Assembly: GCA_963835025.1 (NCBI GenBank)
Contig: CAWIEL010000062.1
Coordinates: 2,005-66,004 of the forward strand
From: an uncultured Acidobacteriota bacterium
Lineage (GTDB): Bacteria > Acidobacteriota > Terriglobia > Acidiferrales > UBA7541
DNA length: 64,000 nucleotides
Reading direction: 5' to 3'
The notes under the pieces were generated by a model. The model did no database searches. It had not been told where the DNA came from and saw only the letters and a list, made by a program, of their open reading frames with translations. The position numbers were made by a program, and so were the translations under genes. This document shows, piece after piece, positions 51,104 through 60,606 of the stretch. Position 1 is the stretch's first letter; every line of letters starts with the position of its first letter.

Positions 51104-54100
51104 ATGCGCGTCGTGCTCAACCCAGGAGCGAAATCCGAGTCGGTAGATATTCAAGTACTCGTCGATTCCATCCCTGCCCTCATCCACACCGCCAAGCCGG
51201 ACGGCTACCTCGACTACTTCAACAAGCGCTGGCTGGAATACCTCGGCGTCACTTTGGACAAGGTGGCCGGCTGGAACTGGACTGCCTTCATTCATCCAGA
51301 AGACGTCGACGGCATTCTGGCCGAATGGCGAGCTTGCCTGGCCAGCGGAAAAATATTCGAGTACGAAACGCGGGTGCGGTGGGCCAATGGCGATTACCGC
51401 TGGATGTTTCACCGGAAGGTACCGCTGCGCGATGCGAGCGGCAACATCGTTAAGTGGTACGGCTCCAGCATGGACATTGAGGAACGCAAAACTGCCGAAG
51501 AACAGTTTCGCCGGAACTCGGAGCGGCTGCAAAGAAGCGAATTCTATCTAGCCGAAGGGCAGCGCGTGGCCCACATGGGCAGCTGGGCTTTCGGCCCCAC
51601 CGGCTTCTATTATTGGTCTCCCGAATTATTTCGGATGCACGGACTCGATCCTGCCGGCGAACCGCCGAGTATTGAGAAATATCTGGATTGCATTCATCCC
51701 CAGGACCGCCCGTCCGCGGCGCGCCTGATCCAAGAAATGCTGGCGAGTGCTTTGCCCCTGGATTTCACCAAGCGTATCGTGCGGCCCGACGGTGAGATTC
51801 GCTACATTCGCTGCGTCAGCGCTCCTGCTTCAGAAGATCAGGGTTTGCGAAAGTACGTTGGCAGCGCCATCGACGTTACCGAGCATGAACTCCTGACCCA
51901 GGAACTTCGCCGGCGCGAAGCGTACCTAACCAAAGCGCAGAGACTGAGCCACACGGGCAGTTTCGGCTGGAATGTTATGACCGGGGAACTCTTCTGGTCG
52001 GAGGAAACTTTCCGTATTTTCGAACACGACAGGACAGCGAAACCCACTATTGACCTGGTCCTGCAACGGGTGCACCCAAAGGACGCGGCGTTTGTAAAGC
52101 AAACCATCGAGCGGGCATCAATGGATAGGAAGGATTTTGATATCGAACATCGACTGTTGATGCCTTCCGGATCCATCAAACATCTCCATATTTCGGCTCA
52201 TGCCGAAAGACATGAATCGGGTAATGTCGAGTTTATTGGCTCGGCGATGGACATCACCCGAGCAAAGAGAGCAGAAGAAAGGCTCCGGCAGGACGAAATG
52301 GAGCTCCGGCAAATCGTAGATGCCGTTCCGCAGCACATTCTAGTCCTGGAACCAGACGGGAAACCGCTCTATGCGAATCGGCGGGATCTCGACTACACGG
52401 GCATGACCTTAGAAGACGCCCTCGCTCCGGACTTACTCGATCGGGTCTTTCATCCGGACGATTTAAATAAACTTCGAAACGAACGCGAGGCTGCGATTGC
52501 GCGTGGACTTCCGTGGGAATCAGAAGCGCGGCTACTCGGGAAAAACGGGAAGTACCGCTGGTTCCTAATCCGTCTCAACCCCCTGCGAGACGAACGAGGG
52601 CGACTCATTCGGTGGTACGGTACGCGGACCGATATCCAGGACAGGAAACAGGCGGAAGAGGCCCTACGGCGCAGCGAAGCTTATCTGGCGGAAGCGCAGA
52701 GACTTACTCACACGGGTAGCTTCGGCTACAGCCCTGCCACGCGGAGAACGCTCTACTGGTCCGAGGAACTCTTCCGGATTTTTGGATTGAATCCTCAGCG
52801 CGGCATCCCCGATTTTGACTTGACCCGTCAACTTGTGCATCCCGAAGATATCGACAGGGTTTCGGAAAGCTGCCGTGCGGGATTCCTCCAGAAAGCGGAG
52901 TTTTCACAGGATTACCGGTTAATGCTGCATGACGGAACTCTCAAGCACCTTCACGTGATCTGGCATCCGGTGCTTGATGAAGCCGGAGACCTCGTCCAAT
53001 ACGTAGGCACGGCCGCCGATGTGACAGAACGCAAACGCGCCGAGGAAAAGATTCGCCAAAGCGAGCAGGAGCTGCGCACCATCATCGAAACAATTCCCGC
53101 CTTCATCGGAACCAACCTGCCGGATGGATCCACTGATTTCGTCAGTCAAAGTTTCCTGGATTATCTCGGCATTTCCAGGGAGCAATGGCTGGATTGGGGT
53201 TGGCTGACGGCCACTCATCCCGACGACGTTGCCGGTGCCGTCGATAAGTTCAAGGCCGCTTTGGCGTCTGGGCAGCCTCTCGAGTATGAACAACGCCTAC
53301 ACCAGTCGAACGGGACGTATCGCTGGTTCTGGAGCCGCAACGTCCCGCTGCGTGACGCCACGGGAAAAATTGTCAAATGGTATGGCGTCCTCACCGATGT
53401 CGAAGAGCGCAAGCGAGCAGAGGAAAAAATCCGCGAACAAGAAGCGGGGCTTCGCCAAATTCTAGACCTCGCGCCACAGATTGTTGCTGTGTTCGGACCG
53501 GACACCGAAAGTCTTTACGCCAACCGGGTCTTGCTCGACTATCTGGGCCTGACCCTTGAGCAGTGGCGGGAGAGATTCAAAAGCCCGGTTCCAAGCTACC
53601 ACGCCCATTTCGTGCATCCCGATGATTGGGAGCGGGTCACCCGTGACTCCGCTCGTGCGGTCTCCCTTGGCTCCGCTTTCGAGTTAGAGATACGGATCCG
53701 CAAGAGCGATGGAACCTATCGTTGGTTTTTGTCCCGTTACAGCCCGCTGCGTGACGCAGCCGGACAGATTACCCGCTGGTACGTGACCGGAAGCGATATC
53801 GAAGATCGCAAGCAGGCCGAAGACCGGCTGCGCCAGGAAAATGTCGCTCTGCGCGAGGAAATCGATAAAGCCTCGATGTTCGAAGAAATTGTTGGAACTT
53901 CTCCAGCGCTCAAGAGTGTTCTCTCGCGCATCTCTAAAGTAGCCCCTGGCGATTCCACCGTGCTTATCACCGGTGAAACCGGTACAGGCAAAGAGCTGGT
54001 TGCCCGCGCCATCCACCGCCGATCAGCTCGTGCCTCGCGCGCGTTCGTCAGCGTGAACTGCGCGGTCATTCCGCGTGATCTGATCGCCTCGGAGTTGTTC

Positions 54101-54838
54101 GGCCATGAGAAGGGCGCCTTCACTGGCGCGACGCAGCAGCGCCTGGGCCGCTTTGAACTTGCCAACGGCGGCACCATCTTCCTCGACGAAGTTGGCGAGC
54201 TTCCGGCGGAGACCCAAATCGCGCTCCTCCGTGTTCTGCAGGAACACGAATTTGAGCGCGTCGGCAGCAATCGTCGAATCCGTGCGGACGTCCGGGTCAT
54301 CGCCGCCACGAATCGCGATTTGCCCGCCGCCATCAGCGCCGGCAGCTTCCGGAATGATTTATTTTACCGGTTGAATGTTTTCCCGATCGACATGCCGCCT
54401 CTTCGCGATCGGGAAGAGGATATACCGCTGCTAGTAGAATATTTCGTCGATCGCTACGCGCGGAAGGCCGGCAAGAAAATAAAAAGCGTCAGCAAGAAGA
54501 CGCTCAAGTTGCTGCAATCCTACCCTTGGCCTGGAAATATCCGCGAACTGCAGAACGTGATCGAGCGTTCGGTAATCCTCGGCGAAACGGAGATTTTTTC
54601 GATCGAAGAAAATTGGTTGCCGCAACCTTCACCGGTAACCACGGAACCAAAGCAACCAGTTGAACTTCCTCGCAGATTATTGGCGCAAGAAAAGAAAATG
54701 ATCGAGGACGCCTTAAAAGCAAGCCACGGACGGGTGTTTGGGCCTAACGGAGCAGCCGCCAGGCTGGGCATTCCGCGGTCGACACTCGAATCGAAAATCA
54801 AGACGCTGAAAATTGATAAGAATCGTTTCAAAATCTGA
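51104..54838 (+). CDS. Sigma-54-dependent activator with seven N-terminal PAS domains
   Basis: 1244 aa. Seven PAS/PAC units each end in W.G...DI..RK.AEE-type linkers. These are followed by GETGTGKELVARAIH, GAFTGA, IFLDEVGEL and a C-terminal AARLGIPRSTLESKIKTL HTH. Confidence 0.9.
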   Translation: MRVVLNPGAKSESVDIQVLVDSIPALIHTAKPDGYLDYFNKRWLEYLGVTLDKVAGWNWTAFIHPEDVDGILAEWRACLASGKIFEYETRVRWANGDYRWMFHRKVPLRDASGNIVKWYGSSMDIEERKTAEEQFRRNSERLQRSEFYLAEGQRVAHMGSWAFGPTGFYYWSPELFRMHGLDPAGEPPSIEKYLDCIHPQDRPSAARLIQEMLASALPLDFTKRIVRPDGEIRYIRCVSAPASEDQGLRKYVGSAIDVTEHELLTQELRRREAYLTKAQRLSHTGSFGWNVMTGELFWSEETFRIFEHDRTAKPTIDLVLQRVHPKDAAFVKQTIERASMDRKDFDIEHRLLMPSGSIKHLHISAHAERHESGNVEFIGSAMDITRAKRAEERLRQDEMELRQIVDAVPQHILVLEPDGKPLYANRRDLDYTGMTLEDALAPDLLDRVFHPDDLNKLRNEREAAIARGLPWESEARLLGKNGKYRWFLIRLNPLRDERGRLIRWYGTRTDIQDRKQAEEALRRSEAYLAEAQRLTHTGSFGYSPATRRTLYWSEELFRIFGLNPQRGIPDFDLTRQLVHPEDIDRVSESCRAGFLQKAEFSQDYRLMLHDGTLKHLHVIWHPVLDEAGDLVQYVGTAADVTERKRAEEKIRQSEQELRTIIETIPAFIGTNLPDGSTDFVSQSFLDYLGISREQWLDWGWLTATHPDDVAGAVDKFKAALASGQPLEYEQRLHQSNGTYRWFWSRNVPLRDATGKIVKWYGVLTDVEERKRAEEKIREQEAGLRQILDLAPQIVAVFGPDTESLYANRVLLDYLGLTLEQWRERFKSPVPSYHAHFVHPDDWERVTRDSARAVSLGSAFELEIRIRKSDGTYRWFLSRYSPLRDAAGQITRWYVTGSDIEDRKQAEDRLRQENVALREEIDKASMFEEIVGTSPALKSVLSRISKVAPGDSTVLITGETGTGKELVARAIHRRSARASRAFVSVNCAVIPRDLIASELFGHEKGAFTGATQQRLGRFELANGGTIFLDEVGELPAETQIALLRVLQEHEFERVGSNRRIRADVRVIAATNRDLPAAISAGSFRNDLFYRLNVFPIDMPPLRDREEDIPLLVEYFVDRYARKAGKKIKSVSKKTLKLLQSYPWPGNIRELQNVIERSVILGETEIFSIEENWLPQPSPVTTEPKQPVELPRRLLAQEKKMIEDALKASHGRVFGPNGAAARLGIPRSTLESKIKTLKIDKNRFKI

Positions 54839-55007
54839 AGACATCGAGTCAGTGCATTTATTGGGGAAGTTTGGCGTACTCGGCTTTGGCTAGGGCCGTG
54901 CTGTATATGGCCTCAGCGGAGCAGATTTCGAGCCGAGTGTGGCACAAAGTTGGGCGCAGTTTATTGTGGCGGACGAGTCGGAAGGGTCTAACTTGCTGAA
55001 AAACAAG

Positions 55008-55082
55008 TGGTGAGCCGGGTAGGACTCGAACCTACAACCCGCTGCTTAAGAGGCAGCTGCTCTACCATTGAGCTACCGGCCC
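55008..55082 (-). tRNA. tRNA-Lys (anticodon CTT), CCA encoded
   Basis: The reverse complement is GGGCCGGTAGCTCAATGGTAGAGCAGCTGCCTCTTAAGCAGCGGGTTGTAGGTTCGAGTCCTACCCGGCTCACCA. It folds into a canonical cloverleaf with anticodon loop CTCTTAA and T-loop TTCGAGT. Confidence 0.95.
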
Positions 55083-55236
55083 ACTGAAACCTCGAAATTG
55101 TACCACGAGACTTTCCGCCGCCCAATGCTCAGGGCCTCGTTCGCGGGTCGATTCCAACAATTTCCTGACGCCGAAATATGCGTTGGCCGGTCCGTCGTCC
55201 AGAAATATTCCGTTCATCGGAGTGGCCTTCGCACTT

Positions 55237-56040
55237 TCAAGACCGTTTGGGAGTTGCTGCGGATCCTGCCAGAAGCCCGCCATCGAGCGTAATTTCCGTT
55301 CCAGTCATGTAAGTGACTTCATCCGATGCCAGCAGCACTGCAAGCGCTGCCACCTCCTCGGAAGTCCCAAAGCGACGTAACGGGGTGTCCTTTACTAAGG
55401 CTTCGATTCGTTCTTCTCGTTCGGGGCCGGCACCGAGCAGCGGTTCCCACATGGGAGTCAGGATGGCCCCTGGGTGAATCGAGTTGCAACGGATCTTCCA
55501 CCCTTGCTCGGCGCAATAGAGCGCCACAGTCTTGGTGTGGTTCCGTACTGCCGCTTTGCTCGCGGCATAGGCCGCGGCACCGGGAATCCCGACCAGGCCC
55601 GATCGCGACGAGATATTAATGATCGATCCAGTCCCGTGCACTCGCATCGCGCGGATAGCGTGCTTGCAGCCGAGAAACACGCCGTCCAGATTTGTCGCCA
55701 AGACCGCGTGCCAGTCTTCGAGGCTGGCATGCTCGGGATCGTGCGGTGCGGAACCCTCCTCAAAGCCCGTAATTCCAGCGTTGTTCACCAGTACATCGAG
55801 TGTGCGGTGCTGCTGGAGAATCTGATCTACGCACCTCACCCAATCCTTTTCCTGGCGAACGTCGAGGTGCAGGTAGGCGGCTGTCGGGCCAAGCGATGCG
55901 CTTTTCTTCGAGCCGGCATCGTCGGCGATGTCGCTCAATATGACCGTGCCGCCCTCGGCTACAAATGCGCGCGCGATGGCCTCACCGATTCCGGAGGCAG
56001 CTCCAGTAATTAGCGCGATCTTTCCTTCCAGTCTTCGCAT
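55237..56040 (-). CDS. Short-chain dehydrogenase/reductase (classical SDR)
   Basis: [27 protein letters not shown], and the catalytic S...YAASKAAV. Start taken at the internal ATG (56040); the upstream part of the track ORF is non-coding-like. Confidence 0.9.
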   Translation of the reverse strand: MRRLEGKIALITGAASGIGEAIARAFVAEGGTVILSDIADDAGSKKSASLGPTAAYLHLDVRQEKDWVRCVDQILQQHRTLDVLVNNAGITGFEEGSAPHDPEHASLEDWHAVLATNLDGVFLGCKHAIRAMRVHGTGSIINISSRSGLVGIPGAAAYAASKAAVRNHTKTVALYCAEQGWKIRCNSIHPGAILTPMWEPLLGAGPEREERIEALVKDTPLRRFGTSEEVAALAVLLASDEVTYMTGTEITLDGGLLAGSAATPKRS

Positions 56041-56143
56041 GAATTTTCTTGATCTCTCTAACTGAGGGTTTATCGAAAGGATGCGGATGTTCGAGCGCGC
56101 ACGAAAACGATCAGTCCCGGATGACCAGAAAATGGAAGTGCCA

Positions 56144-56774
56144 TCATCGATGCCGGCGAAGTGTGGCGGCGATTTCTTTGGCGATCTGGCGGGCACGGAC
56201 CAGGTCGCCGGGGCCCAGCGAAATCGCGGCTACGCGGGCGTGGCCGCCACCGCCGTACTTTTCGCAGAGCGAGGCCAGGTTGACGTCCTTGGCCAACACG
56301 ATATCCAGCCGCCATTCCTTGTTCAGGTTCCTTTTCTCATTGAAGTCTGCCGGGAAGGTCACCGCGTAGGGCTGGATCGAGCCATCGATCTGCGAACGGT
56401 AGGCTCGGACCACGCTGTGTCCCGTTTCTCCTAGCCAGGCAAAATCTCCCTCGGTTGCCTGAGTAGGCGCAGTCCGCCCGCGCGAGGATTTCGAGTGTCC
56501 AGTCAACGGCCTTGTCGCCGTAAAACTCGTCATGCCGGAGAATCCAGTCAGCCGCCTTCAGGTAGACCTCGATTTCCACCAGATGCACATCGAGAACCTT
56601 TTTGCGCCGCAGGGCCGCCAATTTGGACTCGATTTTCTTGGTCTTCTCCTTGATAGCCATGAGCTTCGCCTCGTCCGGCGGCTGCGATTTCGGCGGATCA
56701 AAGTTCTGTGCCCCGGCCCATGAGGCGAGAACTACCAGGAAGCCAACGGCCAGCAGCAAACGCAGCGTTTTCAT
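56144..56774 (-). pseudogene. Chimeric remnant: N-terminal part of a secreted alpha/beta-hydrolase/peptidase-like protein fused to a DHHA1-like tail, one frameshift
   Basis: A signal peptide (MKTLRLLLAVGFLVVLASWAGAQ) is followed by ..[14 protein letters not shown]. After a frame change the sequence continues [45 protein letters not shown]. It then switches abruptly to [27 protein letters not shown].., which resembles the GGGH end of DHH/DHHA1 phosphoesterases. Confidence 0.45.
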
Positions 56775-56841
56775 GTGAATTTGCCTCGAATCGCTTTCCG
56801 GCGGCGTTCGCTCCAAACGCGCCAGCTCACCACCCAGGAAC

Positions 56842-57591
56842 TTACGAAATAGTATACGGGGAATACCAGCGACAGAACGGCCAGATTGTGGACCAGTGGG
56901 TTGGGAACGTCGCCGCGCGGCAGGATTCCAGCACCGGCTCACGCGGGAGCTCGGCCAGAATCCAGACGAGCAACATGGCCCAAACGATACCGAGCACGCT
57001 GGTGATCCGATTCAGCAGGCCTGGCTGGCTGGCATAAAGGTAGCGCAACGGCACGAACGTGAGCACTGAAAGAGTCAGCAGCAACCCGATGGCAACGCTA
57101 TCCGGTAGCGGTTGCAGCGTGTACAGGTAAAACGCGACCAGGTTCCAGAGCGACGGGAAGCCGAGAAAATAGCCGTCGTCTGTCTTGATGAAAACCTGCG
57201 AAAAGCCATAGACGCTGGCCACCAAAGGCACCAGCAGCCAGCCCGCACCGCCGGCGGGAATCTCGGCCTTCCACAGGAGGAACAGCGGAATACAGGTGTA
57301 GGTGAGCCAGTCCACCAGGTCGTCGAGCCGTCGGCCATCGAACCCCGGCAGCACCTCCTTGACGCGCACCCACCGCGCCAGAGCCCCATCCGTGGAATCG
57401 ATGAAAGTGGCGGCGAGCATCAGGAAAAACACCGAGCGAAACCGCTCCGGAGTCGCCGGGGTGGCACCGTCGAGCAGGTAAACCATCCACGCCGCGGCCA
57501 GCAACCCGAGGGCCGTATAACCGTGTACGCACCACGCCGCCACCACCCGCCCCAGACTGTCGCGCTCCTGAACTTCCATTAGTCTCCCCAT
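56842..57591 (-). CDS. pcs: Phosphatidylcholine synthase (CDP-alcohol phosphatidyltransferase family)
   Basis: IDSTDGALARWVRVKEVLPGFDGRRLDDLVDWLTYTCIPLF, IKTDDGYFLGFPSLWNLVAFYLY and LSVLTFVPLRYLY parallel Sinorhizobium Pcs as recalled (VDGIDGPIARKVQVKEVLPNWSGDTLDNVIDYVTYVLLPAF, MKTDEYFFSGFPVVWNMVVF, LSVILTFLPINFLHP). Confidence 0.85.
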   Translation of the reverse strand: MGRLMEVQERDSLGRVVAAWCVHGYTALGLLAAAWMVYLLDGATPATPERFRSVFFLMLAATFIDSTDGALARWVRVKEVLPGFDGRRLDDLVDWLTYTCIPLFLLWKAEIPAGGAGWLLVPLVASVYGFSQVFIKTDDGYFLGFPSLWNLVAFYLYTLQPLPDSVAIGLLLTLSVLTFVPLRYLYASQPGLLNRITSVLGIVWAMLLVWILAELPREPVLESCRAATFPTHWSTIWPFCRWYSPYTIS

Positions 57592-57604
57592 CCTGGATAA
57601 GCCG

Positions 57605-57756
57605 CAATACCGTTCAATTAGCAGTGCGATTATTTCTCCCCCCTTACGAAGGGGGGGCGGGGGGGTTGGAGAAGCCGGCTGACGTTACCTAACCCCCCCC
57701 TGCCCCCCCTTCAAAAGGGGGGGAGAACTCTGGCCGTCGCTAATTGAACGGTATTG
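57605..57756. mobile_element. 152-bp MITE-like element with perfect 18-bp terminal inverted repeats and a perfect 10-bp target-site duplication
   Basis: The left TIR caataccgttcaattagc (57605-57622) is the exact reverse complement of the right TIR gctaattgaacggtattg (57739-57756). The direct repeat ggataagccg flanks the element at 57595-57604 and 57757-57766. The interior is an imperfect palindrome with two C-run/G-run hairpins (ctccccccttacgaaggggggg; cccccccttcaaaaggggggg). It has no coding capacity. Confidence 0.75.
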
Positions 57757-57901
57757 GGATAAGCCGGGCTGTCACCATACACCCGCACACACCCGTTTCT
57801 CGCGAATGTTTCACTATGATCTCACGGAAATCTTTATACCTTAATCATCGCCCGCCCGTGGATCAATCCTGCCCGCAACAACTTCTGCATCGAGGTTTAT
57901 C

Positions 57902-60415
57902 ATGCGACGGCACTCTCGCCACTCTCGGACTGCTGACCTTGTGTTCCGGCTTCGTCATCGCACTGAGTGACTCGCCCAAACTGGAACCCGCGCAGAATCG
58001 GCATCAGCCTCCGCCCGCGTGCTCCCCGGCGTGCAGTCGAATGGGGCAATCCAGATTGCCGAACCAATGGCTGCTGCGGCCGGCGGGCAAACATCTCACG
58101 CTCGGCGATTTTCCGGTCAACATCGCTTTACACCCCTCCGGTAAATGGCTCGCTGTGCTGCACGGCGGCTTTGGCGAACACGAGGTGATGGTGGTGGATC
58201 TCATGGCCAAAAAACAGAAGATCATCTCCCGCGTGCCGCTCGACCAGGCATTCTACGGCCTGTGCTTCTCACCTGACGGCGCCCATCTCTACGCCAGTGG
58301 CGGGGAATTCGAAGTGATCCACGCCTTCGACTTCACCGATGGCTTGCTCGGCAAGAAGCGCAATTTGCAGTGGCCAGGAAGACCGATACCTTCATTCCGG
58401 GCGGCATTACGATCCATCCGTCCGGCGAAACGCTCTATGTCGCCGGCACCTGGGGCCACGGCATTTGCATCCTCCCGGTGGCCGACCCCGAAGCCAGAAC
58501 AACCATCCCCCTGGAAACCGATAGCTACCCCTACACGTGCCTTCTCGACCTCGAGGCAAAACGGCTGTTCGTTTCGCTCTGGAACAAATCCGCCATTGCC
58601 GTCATCGATCTGGCGAAAAAGGAAGTGGTTGCGACCTGGGAAACCGAGAAGCACCCTACCGAAATGGTCCTTTCCCACGATGGTAAGACACTATTCGTTG
58701 CCTGTGCCAATTCCACCCGAGTCAGCGTGGTCGACACCGCCACCGGCAAGGCCGCCCCCACCCTTGCGTGCAGCCTGTTCCCCAGTGCGCCCGCCGGCAA
58801 CACCCCAATGAGCCTGGCGCTGACGCCTGATAGCCAGCTTCTGTTCGTCGCCAACGCCGATTGCAATAATCTGGCGGTGTTCAACGTCGCCGATCTCGAA
58901 AAGCCCAGTCGCTCGGCTTCATTCCCGTCGGTTGGTATCCCACCAGCGTGCCTACAATCCACTGGATAAACACATCTACGTGGCCAACGGCAAGGGCACC
59001 ACACCGCTGGCCAACCCGCAGGGTCCCGAACCGAAGCTCCCGGCAACCCGACGATCCGCCAGTACATCGGCGGTCTGTTCCGTGGCACCCTGGCAGCCAT
59101 CGACACGCCCGACTCCGAACAAATGGGCGCATCACCAAGCAAGCCTATGCTTGCAGCCCCCTCTGTGAAGATCTGGGTGTGGTCGGCGATGTGCCGGAAG
59201 GCAATCCCGATCCCCGCAGGAAGTCGGGAAAACCGAGCCCGATCAAGCACGTGATCTACATCATCAAGGAGAACCGCACCTACGACCAGGTGCTCGGCGA
59301 TATGAAGGAAGGCAACGGCGACCCTAACATTTGCCTTTTCCCCGAAAAGGTCACCCCGAACCACCAGAGCTGGCTCGCGAATTCGTACTGCTCGACAATT
59401 TCTACGCCGACGCCGAGGTCACGCCAACGGCCACGAATGGACGATGGGCGCCTACGCGAGCGATTTTGTCGAGAAGGTGTGGCCGCTCGTCTACCGTGGC
59501 AGCCCCAGCAAGAAATTCGTCCGCTACCCCGCGGAGGGCAACTCGGCGGCGTCGGCTACACACCCAACGGCGACATCTGGGACCGCTGCAAGGAGGCCAA
59601 CGTCACCTATCGCAGTTACGGTAATTCATCCAGTACAGAAGGATCCGAACGAGCTGCCGAAGGCTCGCGTCAAGGCGCTGGAGGGCCATTTCGACGAAAA
59701 ATCTCACGGCTTCGATATGGATTTCCCCGATCAAAAGCGTGTCGACCGTTTCCTGGAAGAGTTGGCCCGCTTTGAGAAGGAAGGCGACATGCCGCAGTTC
59801 ACCGTCATGCGCCTACCCAGCGATCATACCCAGGCCACCATGCCGGGCAAGTGACGCCCGGCCATGGTCGCTGATAACACCATGGCCCTGGGCCGACTCA
59901 TCGAGGGCATTTCGAAGAGCAATTCTGGAAGGACACCGCCGTCTTCGTTGTTGAGGATATGCCGCAGAAAACGGTTCCAATACATGTCGATGCGCACCGC
60001 ACCGTTGCCTTTGTCATCAGCCCCTACACAAGCGCGGCCATGTCGATTCCTGCCTCTATTGACCACACCAGCATGTTGCGAACCATGGAACTGATTCTCG
60101 GCCTCGAACCGATGTCTCAATTCGATGCGGCCGCACGACCGATTAACGCACAGTTTCCAACCGAAGCCGGACCTGAGGCCATACCAGCATCTCGTGCCCG
60201 ACGCCGACCTCGCCGAGAAAAATCCGAAGGGAGCACCCGTTCCGCCGAGGTCTCCAGGACCTTCGATTCAGCAAAGGAGATCTGATCGACGACCTGCTGC
60301 TCAACGAGGTCATCTGGAAATCTGCGCGGCGCAGTTCGAGAGATGCCCGCCCAGTCCACGCCGATATTTCTGCCCGCGGCCAAAGCGAGATCTGATGATG
60401 ATGATGGACGACTGA
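57902..60415 (+). pseudogene. Bifunctional YncE-like beta-propeller / phosphoesterase-family protein, about ten or more frame changes plus an in-frame TGA
   Basis: Propeller pieces: NIALHPSGKWLAVLHGG, LCFSPDGAHLYASGG, GGITIHPSGETLYVAG, EMVLSHDGKTLFVAC, LALTPDSQLLFVANA, LGFIPVGWYPTSV and YNPLDKHIYVANGKG. Phosphoesterase pieces: IKHVIYIIKENRTYDQVLGD, LAREFVLLDNFYADAEV, MGAYASDFVEKVW, PQFTVMRLPSDHT, MVADNTMALGRLIEGISKS, HVDAHRTVAFVISPYT and TSMLRTMELILGL. These are scattered over all three frames. The start is uncertain (ATG 57902 followed by a signal-like LLTLCSGFVIALS in another frame). Confidence 0.75.
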
Positions 60416-60606
60416 TGCTCCAGGCTGGAGCGGGGGGCGTCAGCCCCCTCTGGCACCGACATATTACAGGATAGAAACATGACCAGCGTAATACAGGAGA
60501 TGGGCGTCGAGGCCCCATCGTTGCGGCCATACCACAGGTCACCCCGCGTGGCGGGCCGCCGGCGATCCAGATAAGCCGTCAGCGCAAGACCATACGATTC
60601 TGCGTG

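Noticed and set aside
57636-57727. C-run/G-run hairpin pair considered as a CRISPR-like or tandem repeat
   Set aside because: There are only two copies. They are in inverted orientation and lie inside a palindromic MITE. There is no spacer-repeat periodicity and no cas genes.
57744-57901. Track ORF start at 57744 for the propeller/phosphoesterase gene
   Set aside because: Position 57744 lies inside the right terminal inverted repeat of the MITE. The first ~50 codons have no signal-peptide or propeller character. A start near 57902 (MRRHSR.. followed by a hydrophobic stretch after a frame change) is more plausible.
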